Below are positions 25,168 to 34,094 of a DNA stretch of 37,659 nt, one piece after another. The notes under the pieces are model-generated. The model searched no databases and was not told the origin of the DNA. It saw nothing but the letters and a program-made list of their open reading frames with translations. A program made the position numbers and the translations under genes. Numbering within the stretch: the first letter of the stretch is position 1; the number at the start of each line of letters is the position of its first letter. Origin of the DNA: a virus (Duplodnaviria; Caudoviricetes); IMG/VR virus record IMGVR_UViG_3300017778_001501, positions 1-37,659 of that record; one strand, written 5' to 3'.

Positions 25168-26136
25168 TCACTGCTCACCAAGGCGCACGCCATTGCGCAG
25201 CATCCAAGCATCTGTTTCGCCCTTGCCCTTGACTTCGACGATAGCGTCATACTGCGCTCGTGTCAGAACGCTTGGAATGCCGCCCGCTCCCAATTCAGGG
25301 GACTTCGTATCCTGCAAAGGCTTGGCCTTCACCCAATTGCTTTGAACGCCCGGATTGCCGCCAGTGAAGGTAAAGCCATTGCGAACCTCGCCAATGCGCG
25401 GCGGCTGCTTGATACGCGGAGGGGGAGCGCCCTTGCCGAACATTTCGTAGTATTTGGATCGCTGGCCGACAAACTTGCCGCCCTGCGGTGTGGGCATTTC
25501 AACAATCGGATCGATCTTAAGCTCAAGGAATTGGCGAGATTTTTCCACGCCTTCCTCGCTTTGGGGATTAATGTTAGCTGCTCGCAAGTCCTTCTGGAAA
25601 CTAGTCAAGCCACCTTCGCCATACATCGTCTTGTAACGCTCGGGATCAAGCGTAAAGATCGTGTTTGCCAGCGCAACCTTGGCTTCTTCCGGACTGCGCT
25701 GCATTAGCTCAAGGCCAAACTGTAGCTCCTTAGCGTACTGCTCTTGCCCCGGCGTGTTCTTGGCTGCGGTCAGCAACTCACCCGCAATCCTTTGCGCCGA
25801 ACCCATATCGCCACGTTCAAGCGCGGAATAGACTTGCGTCGAGTAATTCAGGCGCGTCTGCTTGATCGCGTCATTGATCGGCTCGTACGCCTTCTTAATG
25901 GCCTCCGCCTGCTCCGGAAACTCAAGCATGAACTCGGACATCGCTTCCGGCGAGCGGTCAGTCTTAAGCCGCTGGATAAACTGCGCATACCGCTGCTGCC
26001 GCTGCTGCTGCGCAACCTGCTGCTGCATGGCCTGCTCTTGCGCCAGGCGCTGCTGCCGTGCCGCCTGGAACGACTGCATGAACGCCTGCCCCGGATCGGG
26101 CATGGCTTGCAGGAAGGGGAGAGGATTGATTGCCAT
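25168..26136 (-). CDS. DNA ejection protein, gp20-position
   Basis: Gln-rich helical N-terminus; located between gp7-like and gp16-like genes. Confidence 0.62.
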   Translation of the reverse strand: MAINPLPFLQAMPDPGQAFMQSFQAARQQRLAQEQAMQQQVAQQQRQQRYAQFIQRLKTDRSPEAMSEFMLEFPEQAEAIKKAYEPINDAIKQTRLNYSTQVYSALERGDMGSAQRIAGELLTAAKNTPGQEQYAKELQFGLELMQRSPEEAKVALANTIFTLDPERYKTMYGEGGLTSFQKDLRAANINPQSEEGVEKSRQFLELKIDPIVEMPTPQGGKFVGQRSKYYEMFGKGAPPPRIKQPPRIGEVRNGFTFTGGNPGVQSNWVKAKPLQDTKSPELGAGGIPSVLTRAQYDAIVEVKGKGETDAWMLRNGVRLGEQ

Positions 26137-27074
26137 TAGAATGTGACCTGCTTGCCGGAAAGGTCAAAAGTACCACCACCATAGCCGCTTATAGGACCGG
26201 GGAGCGGAACTCGTGCGATAGGAATACCTTGCAGACTTGCCAGCGCGCTATTCGAATTAATCCCCGAACCATTAAAGCTCGACTGCCCACCCAACGCCCC
26301 GCCAAGGATGCCACCAAGGCTCGCCACGCCCTGCCCAAGCGCAGCACTAGAGCCTAGCGCGCCATAGCCCCGCGCCTGCCCGGTATCTTGCATTAGCGCG
26401 CCGACACTTCGGCCCGTCTCCACACCAGCAGTACCAACGCCCGCCGCTGCATTCTGGCCCAACCTTGAGATGCCGCCTAGTGTTTCAAGCTGCTGCTGAA
26501 TTTGCTGGTTAAGCAATGCGGGACGGAACTGCGCCAAGGCCCCCTGCACATTTCCGCCCCGCAGCCCCCCGGTTGCACTCGCGTTTTGCAGGATACCCTC
26601 TTCACCCTGCCGCGCGAGAGCCTGGAACGTCGGGCTTTGCTCAAGCTGGCTGATAGCCTGCTGCTGCGCCTGTGCCCCGCCGGTCTGGAACTTGGCTAGA
26701 TCGGCGCGCGGGTCGTTGCGCTGCTGCCACTGCTGCGCAAACGTGGCGAGGTCCTGCGTACCGCCGCCGTAGGGATTGATGCGCTGTGCGTTGAACGCCT
26801 GCATGAGCGCCGGATTTGACTGCGCGTAGGCCTGCCAATTGGTCTGCTGCGGTGCCGCCCCCGCCAGCGCGAGAAGCTGCGAGAATGCCCCCGTGCCGCC
26901 CTGCGCGTAAGGCGAGAGCAATTGCTGCACGCGGTCGAATTGGCGGCGCTGCTCCGCAATGGCCTGCGCGTTAGCCTCTGCCTGCGCATTCGCTGCGGAC
27001 TTCGCGCCGCCGGAGGCTAGAAGGCTCCCGCCGATTGAAGCCGCCGCGCCGATAAGGGCTGAAGCTACTGCCAT
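26136..27074 (-). CDS. DNA transfer/ejection protein, gp7-like
   Basis: Gly/Ala-rich N-terminus, LSPYAQGG, QGEEGILQNASATGGLRGGNVQGAL. Confidence 0.78.
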   Translation of the reverse strand: MAVASALIGAAASIGGSLLASGGAKSAANAQAEANAQAIAEQRRQFDRVQQLLSPYAQGGTGAFSQLLALAGAAPQQTNWQAYAQSNPALMQAFNAQRINPYGGGTQDLATFAQQWQQRNDPRADLAKFQTGGAQAQQQAISQLEQSPTFQALARQGEEGILQNASATGGLRGGNVQGALAQFRPALLNQQIQQQLETLGGISRLGQNAAAGVGTAGVETGRSVGALMQDTGQARGYGALGSSAALGQGVASLGGILGGALGGQSSFNGSGINSNSALASLQGIPIARVPLPGPISGYGGGTFDLSGKQVTF

Positions 27075-27526
27075 TAGTTGAACCTCTTGATGAATGTATG
27101 CTCAAAGGGCCGATAACCGCGCCGTTCGTAAAGCTTGGCCATGCGCTGCCCCTCCAGCCGGTCAATGCACTTCATTTGCCATGTCGAGCAGCCGCGCGCC
27201 TTGGCTTCATCCTCGATGGCATTAAGCAGACGAATCCCCGTCATGGCAGGCGCACCGTCAGCCACCCACCAGAATAGTTCTTCGCCAGACTTGTGAGCGC
27301 GGTTAAAGTAGACCGGTGAAACCATGCCGCCCACCATGCCGACGATCCCGTCAACTTCCGCGACAAAGCACAGGAAAATGTCAAGAGACAGCAGCCATTC
27401 AAGCGAGGCGATGCAATCCGCCTCCACGTATTCAAACAGATCATCCTGCCGCGCGCTAACGTCAAAGTCGCGCCCCATGGAAGCCATGGCGGGAATGTCA
27501 TCAATCGTTGCGGCTCTAATCTGCAT
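27074..27526 (-). CDS. GNAT-family acetyltransferase-like protein (P22 gp14 position)
   Basis: MQIRAATIDDIP, FVAEVDGIVG, ELFWWV, GIRLLNAIEDEAKARGC, KLYERRGY. Confidence 0.82.
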   Translation of the reverse strand: MQIRAATIDDIPAMASMGRDFDVSARQDDLFEYVEADCIASLEWLLSLDIFLCFVAEVDGIVGMVGGMVSPVYFNRAHKSGEELFWWVADGAPAMTGIRLLNAIEDEAKARGCSTWQMKCIDRLEGQRMAKLYERRGYRPFEHTFIKRFN

Positions 27527-27578
27527 CCGGCACCTTTGTCAGGTGGCCTACTGGCTGGCCGGAACACTCAGTAAATGC

Positions 27579-27607
27579 ACCATACCATGCCTTGCGGCCA
27601 TAGTCAA
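27579..27607 (-). promoter_or_regulatory. Putative sigma70 promoter for the GNAT-ejection-tailspike genes
   Basis: TTGACT (27607-02) -17- TATGGT (27584-79). Confidence 0.65.
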
Positions 27608-27613
27608 AAGCGT

Positions 27614-27949
27614 TTAGCTGATTGCCCGCCCCGACGCGCGGATGTTGATGGCCGACGCCGTGCCCGCAATGGTCGAGATGAACCCGCCCGAAAGCAGCGT
27701 GTGCCCGACAAGCTCAGGAAACGAATACGTTTCCGAAGGCTGCAAGGTCTTGGCCTTGACAATCAGGTTCTGGTTGCCCGCCGTATCGCCAGAGGTGACA
27801 AGGTTCACCGAGATCGTCGCAGCCGACGCCGAGTAATTGGTGGCGGTGAACTTGTCGATGATCGTCGATACGTTGGACGAAGTGTATTGCGTCGTCTGGA
27901 TGTTTTCCGCCGTCTTGGCGGGGATCAGAACAGTGTTGATAGTGGCCAT
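27614..27949 (-). CDS. Putative beta-rich virion protein (111 aa)
   Basis: MATINTVLIPAK...IIDKFTATN...ETYSFPELVGHTL...IRASGR; start ATG 27949. Confidence 0.72.
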   Translation of the reverse strand: MATINTVLIPAKTAENIQTTQYTSSNVSTIIDKFTATNYSASAATISVNLVTSGDTAGNQNLIVKAKTLQPSETYSFPELVGHTLLSGGFISTIAGTASAINIRASGRAIS

Positions 27950-27950
27950 G

Positions 27951-28115
27951 TTACTTCCCCTTCTTTCGTGCCGCTGCGGCATTGTCGATCAGATTCGGGT
28001 AGACCCTACCCGCAGCCTTCGCGCGGCGCTTGGCTGATGCCTTGGCTTTTGGTGAGAGCTTGGACGGCTTGTCGCCCTTCGGCTCTGCCTTGTCCCAGAA
28101 TGGTGTTTTCTTCAT
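27951..28115 (-). CDS. Small basic protein (54 aa)
   Basis: Hand-translated MKKTPFWDKAEPKGDKPSKLSPKAKASAKRRAKAAGRVYPNLIDNAAAARKKGK; fills the gap exactly. Confidence 0.7.
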   Translation of the reverse strand: MKKTPFWDKAEPKGDKPSKLSPKAKASAKRRAKAAGRVYPNLIDNAAAARKKGK

Positions 28116-28116
28116 G

Positions 28117-28377
28117 TCAGCAATCCCATTTACGAAGCGCGAGAGCCTTGCGGGTCGGCTTGCCCTTTTCGTCCTTCATCGGGCCTTCCATGCCGCCCAT
28201 CCGCGCGCAAAAGGACTTGCGCCGTGCCGCAGCCTTGGGCGACTTCTTGGCCTGCTTGGCCGACACGGGAGGCTTGAGGTTCATGCCCTCTTTCTTGGCA
28301 GACGCGCGGCCCTTGGCATTCAATCCGCCGGTTGGTGACTTGCCTTCCTTGCGCTGCCAAGCCGGTGTTTTGGCCAT
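28117..28377 (-). CDS. Basic protein, DUF6321-like (86 aa)
   Basis: MAKTPAWQRKEGKSPTGGLNAKGRAS...RRKSFCARMGG...ALRKWDC; AAGGAG SD. Confidence 0.75.
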   Translation of the reverse strand: MAKTPAWQRKEGKSPTGGLNAKGRASAKKEGMNLKPPVSAKQAKKSPKAAARRKSFCARMGGMEGPMKDEKGKPTRKALALRKWDC

Positions 28378-28378
28378 G

Positions 28379-28501
28379 TTAGTCTCCTTCGACCAGGGGC
28401 AATGGCTCGGGCGCGGGCACGAGATCATCGCGGTGAACGCATGGCACGGGGTCACCGTCCAGCCAGTAGAGAGTACCTTCAGAGTCGATCCAGATCGCCA
28501 T
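28379..28501 (-). CDS. Small acidic protein (40 aa), possible fibre chaperone
   Basis: Hand-translated MAIWIDSEGTLYWLDGDPVPCVHRDDLVPAPEPLPLVEGD; TAATG overlap. Confidence 0.5.
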   Translation of the reverse strand: MAIWIDSEGTLYWLDGDPVPCVHRDDLVPAPEPLPLVEGD

Positions 28502-29337
28502 TAGGACCAGTTCCCTACTGTTGCGGTAGCCGTGGGGGCCACGCGGCGAATGAGGAGGTAGCTACCCGGCTGCACGGTAGGCGCAGTCCCGGTATTCGCT
28601 AGAGTAATTGAGGGGATAAGTGTACTGCCTCCGGTCATATCAAACGCGCCGTGTATGCGGGACGCGAGAGCCGTGCCCGCCCCCGCGATCTGAAGGGGTG
28701 TGACACTGCCTATTGTCCCCTGTAGGTTGACACCATTCTGCGCAAGGGCATTGCCGGGGGTAGTGTTATCAACACCAACGGACTGCATGAGCGAACGCGC
28801 CGCCGCGCCGATGGTGGCAGTGCCCGCACCTACAAGGCTAAACCCCACGTTACCGCTCGTGGCCGACATGCCTGTGATGTAGAGCATGAGTTCAAACACA
28901 TAAGTGCCCGTGACCAAGGTCAGTGCGCCGTTGGTCGAGCCGTTAAAAATTTTCTGAAGCAACCCAGCCGTGTTTGTTAGCGCATACGCGGATTGCGTCA
29001 TCGTAAACGAAGAGCCGAGGACCGCAGAGGCTGTGACTTTGTACTGGACCCCGGCATCTTCAGCCAGCATCAATTCGGTGCCCACGAGGTAGGTCTTAGA
29101 CCCTAGGCCCGCTAGGCTAATGCTGGGCGCGGCCCAAGTCCCATCACCGCGCCAGAACGTCGTAGAGCTTGCCGATGTGCCCGAGTTGAACCGCGCAACA
29201 GCCAGATTGCCGGTCAAGTCCGCAGCGTCGCCTGTCGCCGCTATAGTAGCCAATCCCAGCGCCGTGCGCGCAGTGGCCGCTGTTGTCGAGCCTGTGCCGC
29301 CTTGCAGAATCGAAACAGGACTAGGAATGTAGCTCAT
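28501..29337 (-). CDS. Tail fibre-like protein
   Basis: ILQGGTGSTTAATARTALGL fibre repeat, FWRGDGTWA motif, beta-rich C-terminal head. Confidence 0.7.
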   Translation of the reverse strand: MSYIPSPVSILQGGTGSTTAATARTALGLATIAATGDAADLTGNLAVARFNSGTSASSTTFWRGDGTWAAPSISLAGLGSKTYLVGTELMLAEDAGVQYKVTASAVLGSSFTMTQSAYALTNTAGLLQKIFNGSTNGALTLVTGTYVFELMLYITGMSATSGNVGFSLVGAGTATIGAAARSLMQSVGVDNTTPGNALAQNGVNLQGTIGSVTPLQIAGAGTALASRIHGAFDMTGGSTLIPSITLANTGTAPTVQPGSYLLIRRVAPTATATVGNWS

Positions 29338-30098
29338 ACGATCACCCAATTCGCATTATCTGAAACGATAGTGATGGCCGTATATTGCACCGCCGTTGAA
29401 GCCGTGGCCGCGCCGTCGATTGTTTCAGCCCCCGCGCCATCCAGCGTCATGGTTCCAGCCACCATTAGCTTGAACGTAAATCGCGCCGTGTTACCAACTG
29501 CCGTGGGTAACGTAACCGTTACCGCCGCGCCGGTCACGAGAACCACTTGATCCCCGCTGGTAGCTGTCTCTGCATAGCTGACCGATTGGCTTGTGACCGT
29601 ATAGCTATACGATCCGCCACCACTAGGCGTTGCCCACGTACCGTCGCCGCGCCAAAAGGTTGTCCCGCTTGCGCCCGTGCCGCCGTTTAATCTCGCAACC
29701 GGCAGATTGCCAATCAAGTCCGCAGCGTCACCCGTCAGACCGACCTTGGCCACCGCTGGTGTGGTTGGGGATGCCTCAAGCCCCGCAAGGCGCGCTTCGA
29801 TTCCGCTCAAATCCAAGACTGGCGGAATGGCCTCTAGTGCCCCCAAGCGGCCTTCCAGCCCAGACAAGTCGGCAGCGGGCGGCATTCTATCCAAGGCATC
29901 AGCCAATGCCTGTATCGCATCCGCATTCGCGTTAGCCGCCGCAAGCGCGCTACTGCCCGCAACGTCAATGCCGTCAACCATGCCGGAGTTGAGGTAATCC
30001 TGCACCAGCAGAATGAGCCGCTCAAACTGCTTGATTTGCTCATGGTCGCCAAGGAAGGCGGCAAGCTGATTGCGGGTGAGGGTGAGCTTGTTTGCCAT
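29334..30098 (-). CDS. Tail needle/fibre protein (gp26 position)
   Basis: Follows gp10; coiled-coil N-terminus, FWRGDGTWA motif, VTVTLPTAVGN...ETIDG...NANWVIV C-terminal domain. Confidence 0.65.
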   Translation of the reverse strand: MANKLTLTRNQLAAFLGDHEQIKQFERLILLVQDYLNSGMVDGIDVAGSSALAAANANADAIQALADALDRMPPAADLSGLEGRLGALEAIPPVLDLSGIEARLAGLEASPTTPAVAKVGLTGDAADLIGNLPVARLNGGTGASGTTFWRGDGTWATPSGGGSYSYTVTSQSVSYAETATSGDQVVLVTGAAVTVTLPTAVGNTARFTFKLMVAGTMTLDGAGAETIDGAATASTAVQYTAITIVSDNANWVIV

Positions 30099-31507
30099 TA
30101 CCAAGCCAACGGCTCTAGGGTGGCTTCAAGGCGCATGAACGAGGCATGTGCGTCACTGGTGCCCCGGAAGCGTTGAATGCGCCTGTCCTGCATCCTGCCT
30201 TGCTTCATCCATGCAAGGCGCTTGGTGGTATTGCCAATGGTGCCTAGCGAGATGGTCCGGTCAATCGACCATGACAGCCCGTCAACGCTGTAACTTGTCG
30301 AGATAGCCGGGTCTTCACCCAAGGCGACCGAACCCGTTAGCGCCATAAGCTCCAGGCTATTAAACAGCACGCCTGAGCCGCCGTTGTAGACGATCAACGT
30401 GCCAAACTCCCAACGCACCGGCTCGCCGTAGTGGCTGGAGATGTCCCGACGCAGATACCCGATGCGATTGGCTTGAGGATCAGCGCACCGCCATGCGTTG
30501 TAGGCGTAGCAGAGGTGCCGCGCGCGGTACTGCGAGAAGTCCTCCAAGCTGCTTGTCAGCACCGTCCAGACGGGAACCTGCAAGTCCCGAGACGCGCCGC
30601 CGTCATAGACCAGCGTGCGGTCAGGCAGGTGAACGTAGAGGAACTGGTGCGAGCCTTCGTTGCGCGCCTCCAGGATGGCCTGAGCGAGTTCCTCTTCGGT
30701 GTAGGCTTCTAGCAGCGTGTCAATCTCATGCGTGCTAATCTTGACCGCATTAGCATTGCCAGCCAAGTACACGGCAGGCTGCTCGTTGAAGCCCGAACCG
30801 AGGAACGCAACCGCCTCCATGTAGATGCAGCAAGCGTCCTTGCCGATGCAGCCCTTTTCAACTTGCGCGCCCTCAATGCGCTGGAAGGGGAACAGGCTCC
30901 CGCCGATGTTATCGAACATTTCGATGGTGTGCCGGTTCAGCGCAACCACCTCATTGCGCAGCTTCAAGATAGCAATGATCGGGTCCGGGTCCGCTTCCGA
31001 AGAGCCATACTTGAGCGGGTTGACGGCCAGCGGGTCGTTAAGTTCGGTCACAACCAGAAACGTGCCGTCCGTAGTCATGTAGTACCCATCGACCCATAGC
31101 ACATCGTTCACTGTGCCAAGGTCGGGGTCCACATTCTGCCGCAGTCCGGCGGTAGGATTGTAAAGAAACAGATTGCCATTCGACGCAATGGCCAGATCGT
31201 CGAAGCCATAATCAAGCGTGACCGGCAAGTCGTCATTGCCAACATCGCCAATCACCGTCTCCACGCCCGCGCTGCTGATTGAGCAGAGATTGCTACCGTT
31301 GACCGCGTAGAGAATGCCATTCCAGAGGATCAAGCCACGGCACACGCCCGACGTAGCGCTCCATGCGGTGAGGCCATCTGCGGGCCGCAGGAAGCCGGTA
31401 GAGACGCCGTTATCCTTGGGCACGGCAAAGAAGTTCACCGGGTACGATGTACGCAGAGCCGGTGAAGTGTCCGAGTAGATGCCGCTAAGGATCGGTATTT
31501 GCGTCAT
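30098..31507 (-). CDS. Tail hub / packaged-DNA stabilization protein, P22 gp10-like
   Basis: QIPILSGIY..LRTSYPVN, SSEADPDPI, TIEMFDNIGG..FPFQRIEGAQVEKGC; 469 aa. Confidence 0.85.
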   Translation of the reverse strand: MTQIPILSGIYSDTSPALRTSYPVNFFAVPKDNGVSTGFLRPADGLTAWSATSGVCRGLILWNGILYAVNGSNLCSISSAGVETVIGDVGNDDLPVTLDYGFDDLAIASNGNLFLYNPTAGLRQNVDPDLGTVNDVLWVDGYYMTTDGTFLVVTELNDPLAVNPLKYGSSEADPDPIIAILKLRNEVVALNRHTIEMFDNIGGSLFPFQRIEGAQVEKGCIGKDACCIYMEAVAFLGSGFNEQPAVYLAGNANAVKISTHEIDTLLEAYTEEELAQAILEARNEGSHQFLYVHLPDRTLVYDGGASRDLQVPVWTVLTSSLEDFSQYRARHLCYAYNAWRCADPQANRIGYLRRDISSHYGEPVRWEFGTLIVYNGGSGVLFNSLELMALTGSVALGEDPAISTSYSVDGLSWSIDRTISLGTIGNTTKRLAWMKQGRMQDRRIQRFRGTSDAHASFMRLEATLEPLAW

Positions 31508-32514
31508 GCAGAGAGAGCCTGAAGTTGCGCGTTAGGCAAGCGTCTGTTGTAGTAGGCAATGGTGCGGATGTGCGAGTTGGTTACGTTAACCGCTGCGCCG
31601 CTTGGGTCCGCGCCGATATTGAATTGCGTCAGCGATACCGGCAACGCACCAGACGCATCAGTGACAGCCGTTCCGCCGTTACGCGAGGCCGCAAAGTCAT
31701 TCACCGCATACGCACTAGCAACCTTGTTTACAGTACCGGCAGCACCATAAGCGCCGAGCGACAAAGTGGCCTGCGCCACAGAACCGGAATAGTACACGGC
31801 GCGCATGGCACCGCCGCTATCGTTGTCAAAATGAACCGAGTTCTGCCCGACAACGCCGTTAGACGCGGCTATATACGTGGCGAATTGGTTGGGCGAAGCC
31901 CCATAGCTGGCAACAAACGTCCCCGCGCTGGCATTGTACCAATTAGAGAAGTTGGCTCCGGTCATGGTGGCAATGTCCGCGCTGCGGGCCACTGGCGAGG
32001 CTGCGGTTGGGATGAAGCTGGTTGCAAACGATCCAACCTCAAGCTGGGCAAACTGCACCAGGCCAACCACGGTGCAAACCAGCACGCCCAAGATAGGCGT
32101 AAACGTCAACACCCGCCGATTAGGGTATGCGCCTGTGCCGACAACCGATGCAACAGCCGCGCCCGATAGCGTTATGGTCCCGGTCCCGTAGAAGCTAATC
32201 GTATGCGGAACCGCTGTCACTGAGACACTCTGCGTAGGGAGTACCACGCCGCTGATCGGGCTATTGACCAGCAGGTTCGTCCGCGCCTCCTCGATTAGCA
32301 GGCCACGCGGGGAACGCGAAACGGGGTCAAAGTCAAAGCGGGGCGTGTCAACCGCAACGGTTTGAATAAGCCCGTCCTGCCCTACTCTAGTGGCCGCTGA
32401 GCTTCGAGCAAACGTAACGGCGCTACTCAAGACAGGCTCTGTCAAGAAGTCCAGCGCCATTGACGGCAGTGGCCTATTAACCGTCCCCAGCCGAAGGTGC
32501 ATACCAAGGTCCAT
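31504..32514 (-). CDS. Putative head fibre/spike protein with lectin(LamG)-like C-terminus
   Basis: TFARSSAATR...PRFDFDP...GLLIEEARTNLL...AQLEVGSFATSFIPT...RSAD...YYNRRLPNAQLQALS. Confidence 0.65.
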   Translation of the reverse strand: MDLGMHLRLGTVNRPLPSMALDFLTEPVLSSAVTFARSSAATRVGQDGLIQTVAVDTPRFDFDPVSRSPRGLLIEEARTNLLVNSPISGVVLPTQSVSVTAVPHTISFYGTGTITLSGAAVASVVGTGAYPNRRVLTFTPILGVLVCTVVGLVQFAQLEVGSFATSFIPTAASPVARSADIATMTGANFSNWYNASAGTFVASYGASPNQFATYIAASNGVVGQNSVHFDNDSGGAMRAVYYSGSVAQATLSLGAYGAAGTVNKVASAYAVNDFAASRNGGTAVTDASGALPVSLTQFNIGADPSGAAVNVTNSHIRTIAYYNRRLPNAQLQALSA

Positions 32515-32840
32515 TAGAAGCCCGACCCCGGCGTAATGATGATGCTACCATCCGCTACTGTCGCAATCGTGCGAAGGAGCTTAGGACCGAAGCCGGTATA
32601 AATGCGGATTTGCTGCCCCGGCAGGATAGGGAAGCCCGTCGAAGTCGTCGGAGCCGTACCAGTGGGGACGGTTGCCTCGCTTTCGTAAGCGGTCAGCATG
32701 ACATGCGTGCGGGCCGTGGCGCTGGTGTTGGTGAGAACCACGCAATCGCGGTCTTTTGGCAGAACCAAAGCGGCGGTTGCACTTGTCGCATTGCTAACGA
32801 CAGTGGTTGAACCCCAAGCGGGGGTAAAGGGACGTTCCAT
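32514..32840 (-). CDS. Small beta-rich virion protein (possible spike base, 108 aa)
   Basis: MERPFTPAWG...GFPILPG...IIITPGSGF; TAATG coupling at both ends. Confidence 0.6.
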   Translation of the reverse strand: MERPFTPAWGSTTVVSNATSATAALVLPKDRDCVVLTNTSATARTHVMLTAYESEATVPTGTAPTTSTGFPILPGQQIRIYTGFGPKLLRTIATVADGSIIITPGSGF

Positions 32841-33172
32841 TAACCAATCCTCCAATCCGAACCCGTGCTAAAGACAGGCACCGTGTTAGCGCCGCCACCG
32901 GCCACCACAGAGTTGAATGTGGTAGCGTTGGCATCCGATACCGTCGCACGCGCTCCAGCCCCTGCCGTGGCCGCGCTGGGCAGATTCGCAACCGTCACCG
33001 TAGTCACCTTGATATAGGACGAAGCGGACAAAGTGGAGAACGCCGTCGAGAGATACGCTACTAGCGTAGTCAGCGAGAACTTGCGCGCATCGCCTTGGGA
33101 CTGCGCGTAGACCGGGACGCTATCCCCTGCGCTAAGGCTAGCGACCGCCGAGAGTTGATTGATCGTGGACAT
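32840..33172 (-). CDS. Putative virion fibre/decoration protein (110 aa)
   Basis: TINQLSAVASLSAGD...TVANLPSAATAGAGARATVSDA...VPVFSTGSDWRIG. Confidence 0.65.
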   Translation of the reverse strand: MSTINQLSAVASLSAGDSVPVYAQSQGDARKFSLTTLVAYLSTAFSTLSASSYIKVTTVTVANLPSAATAGAGARATVSDANATTFNSVVAGGGANTVPVFSTGSDWRIG

Positions 33173-33174
33173 AC

Positions 33175-33651
33175 TTAGAACTCCAATACGCCGTCATCGC
33201 CGGTAACAAGCCGATCAACCGGACCCGTGGTAAATACCTGATAGCCCCACCAGTAGGGCTTGTTGCCGCCACCGAGGGGCATCTTGCGCGGCTGCACTTC
33301 GGATGGCTGCGCGTGAATGTTCAGCAGCGCCTGGTAGGCCCGCATGAAGTTGGTCCGCGTGTCAGCCATCACCGTCTTGCCGAAGCTAGGCGCAATACGC
33401 AGCGCAAGGCCGGTGACGATGGCCTCCCATGCGCTGTCCGGTGCCTCCGTTTCGTCGGTCAGGTTGCCAGTGCCGGGGCCGGACGGGATCGGGTAGCCCA
33501 CCCGAATGCCGCGCGCATTCCATTCCGCCATCATGCTATCGAGGCGGCGCATGGCGCTGTTGAGTTCCTCAGCCGTCGCGTCGTAATTGTACGCGGCAAG
33601 GCCGATCTCTTCCAGAGCGCCATCAATGAAGTCGCGGCGAGTGTAGCCCAT
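33175..33651 (-). CDS. Head-to-tail connector, P22 gp4-like
   Basis: ALEEIGLA..DATAEELNSAMRRLDSMMAEW..GIRVGY..LALRIAPSFG..MPLGGGNK. Confidence 0.85.
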   Translation of the reverse strand: MGYTRRDFIDGALEEIGLAAYNYDATAEELNSAMRRLDSMMAEWNARGIRVGYPIPSGPGTGNLTDETEAPDSAWEAIVTGLALRIAPSFGKTVMADTRTNFMRAYQALLNIHAQPSEVQPRKMPLGGGNKPYWWGYQVFTTGPVDRLVTGDDGVLEF

Positions 33652-33944
33652 CAAACCCGCTCCGCAATGCGCTGCGCAAGTACCGCGTCGGTTGTGCGCG
33701 CGTTGAACCCAATACCAAGCTCGCGGGCTTTCTGCTCCAGTTCCTCGCGGGTGGCAGGCGACACGTCGTCAATGGCTTCGATGGCATCACCTGCAATCGC
33801 TTCAGGAAGCGAGAGGTGCCAGCCGTCCGCAAGCGCAGCCTTGAGCGCACCAGCGTCATCAATGCCGCGATAGTCAAACGTCAAGCCGCCAGACGCACGG
33901 TGCGCGCCGGGGATGCGGTAAACCATGGTGGGGAAGTCACTCAC
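33651..33944 (-). CDS. Hypothetical head-associated protein (97 aa)
   Basis: ALADGWHLSLPEA and TREELEQKARELGIGF (HeH-like tail); follows the coat region. Confidence 0.7.
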   Translation of the reverse strand: MSDFPTMVYRIPGAHRASGGLTFDYRGIDDAGALKAALADGWHLSLPEAIAGDAIEAIDDVSPATREELEQKARELGIGFNARTTDAVLAQRIAERV

Positions 33945-34081
33945 TTCTTGCGAGCCTTCTTTGCTTTCTTGGCAACGTCCAAAGCGATGGCCACCGCCTG
34001 CTTTTGAGGCTTGCCTGCCATCATCTCTTTCTTGATGTTGGCTGATACGGTTTTAGGTCCGTAACCCTTCTTCATTGGCAT
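33941..34081 (-). CDS. Small basic protein (46 aa)
   Basis: Hand-translated MPMKKGYGPKTVSANIKKEMMAGKPQKQAVAIALDVAKKAKKARKK; AGGAG SD; GTGA overlap. Confidence 0.75.
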   Translation of the reverse strand: MPMKKGYGPKTVSANIKKEMMAGKPQKQAVAIALDVAKKAKKARKK

Positions 34082-34094
34082 TGCCTTATCTCCT

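Noticed and set aside
25981-26060. ctg/cag-rich run as a contingency repeat
   Set aside because: Imperfect, and simply encodes a Gln-rich helix
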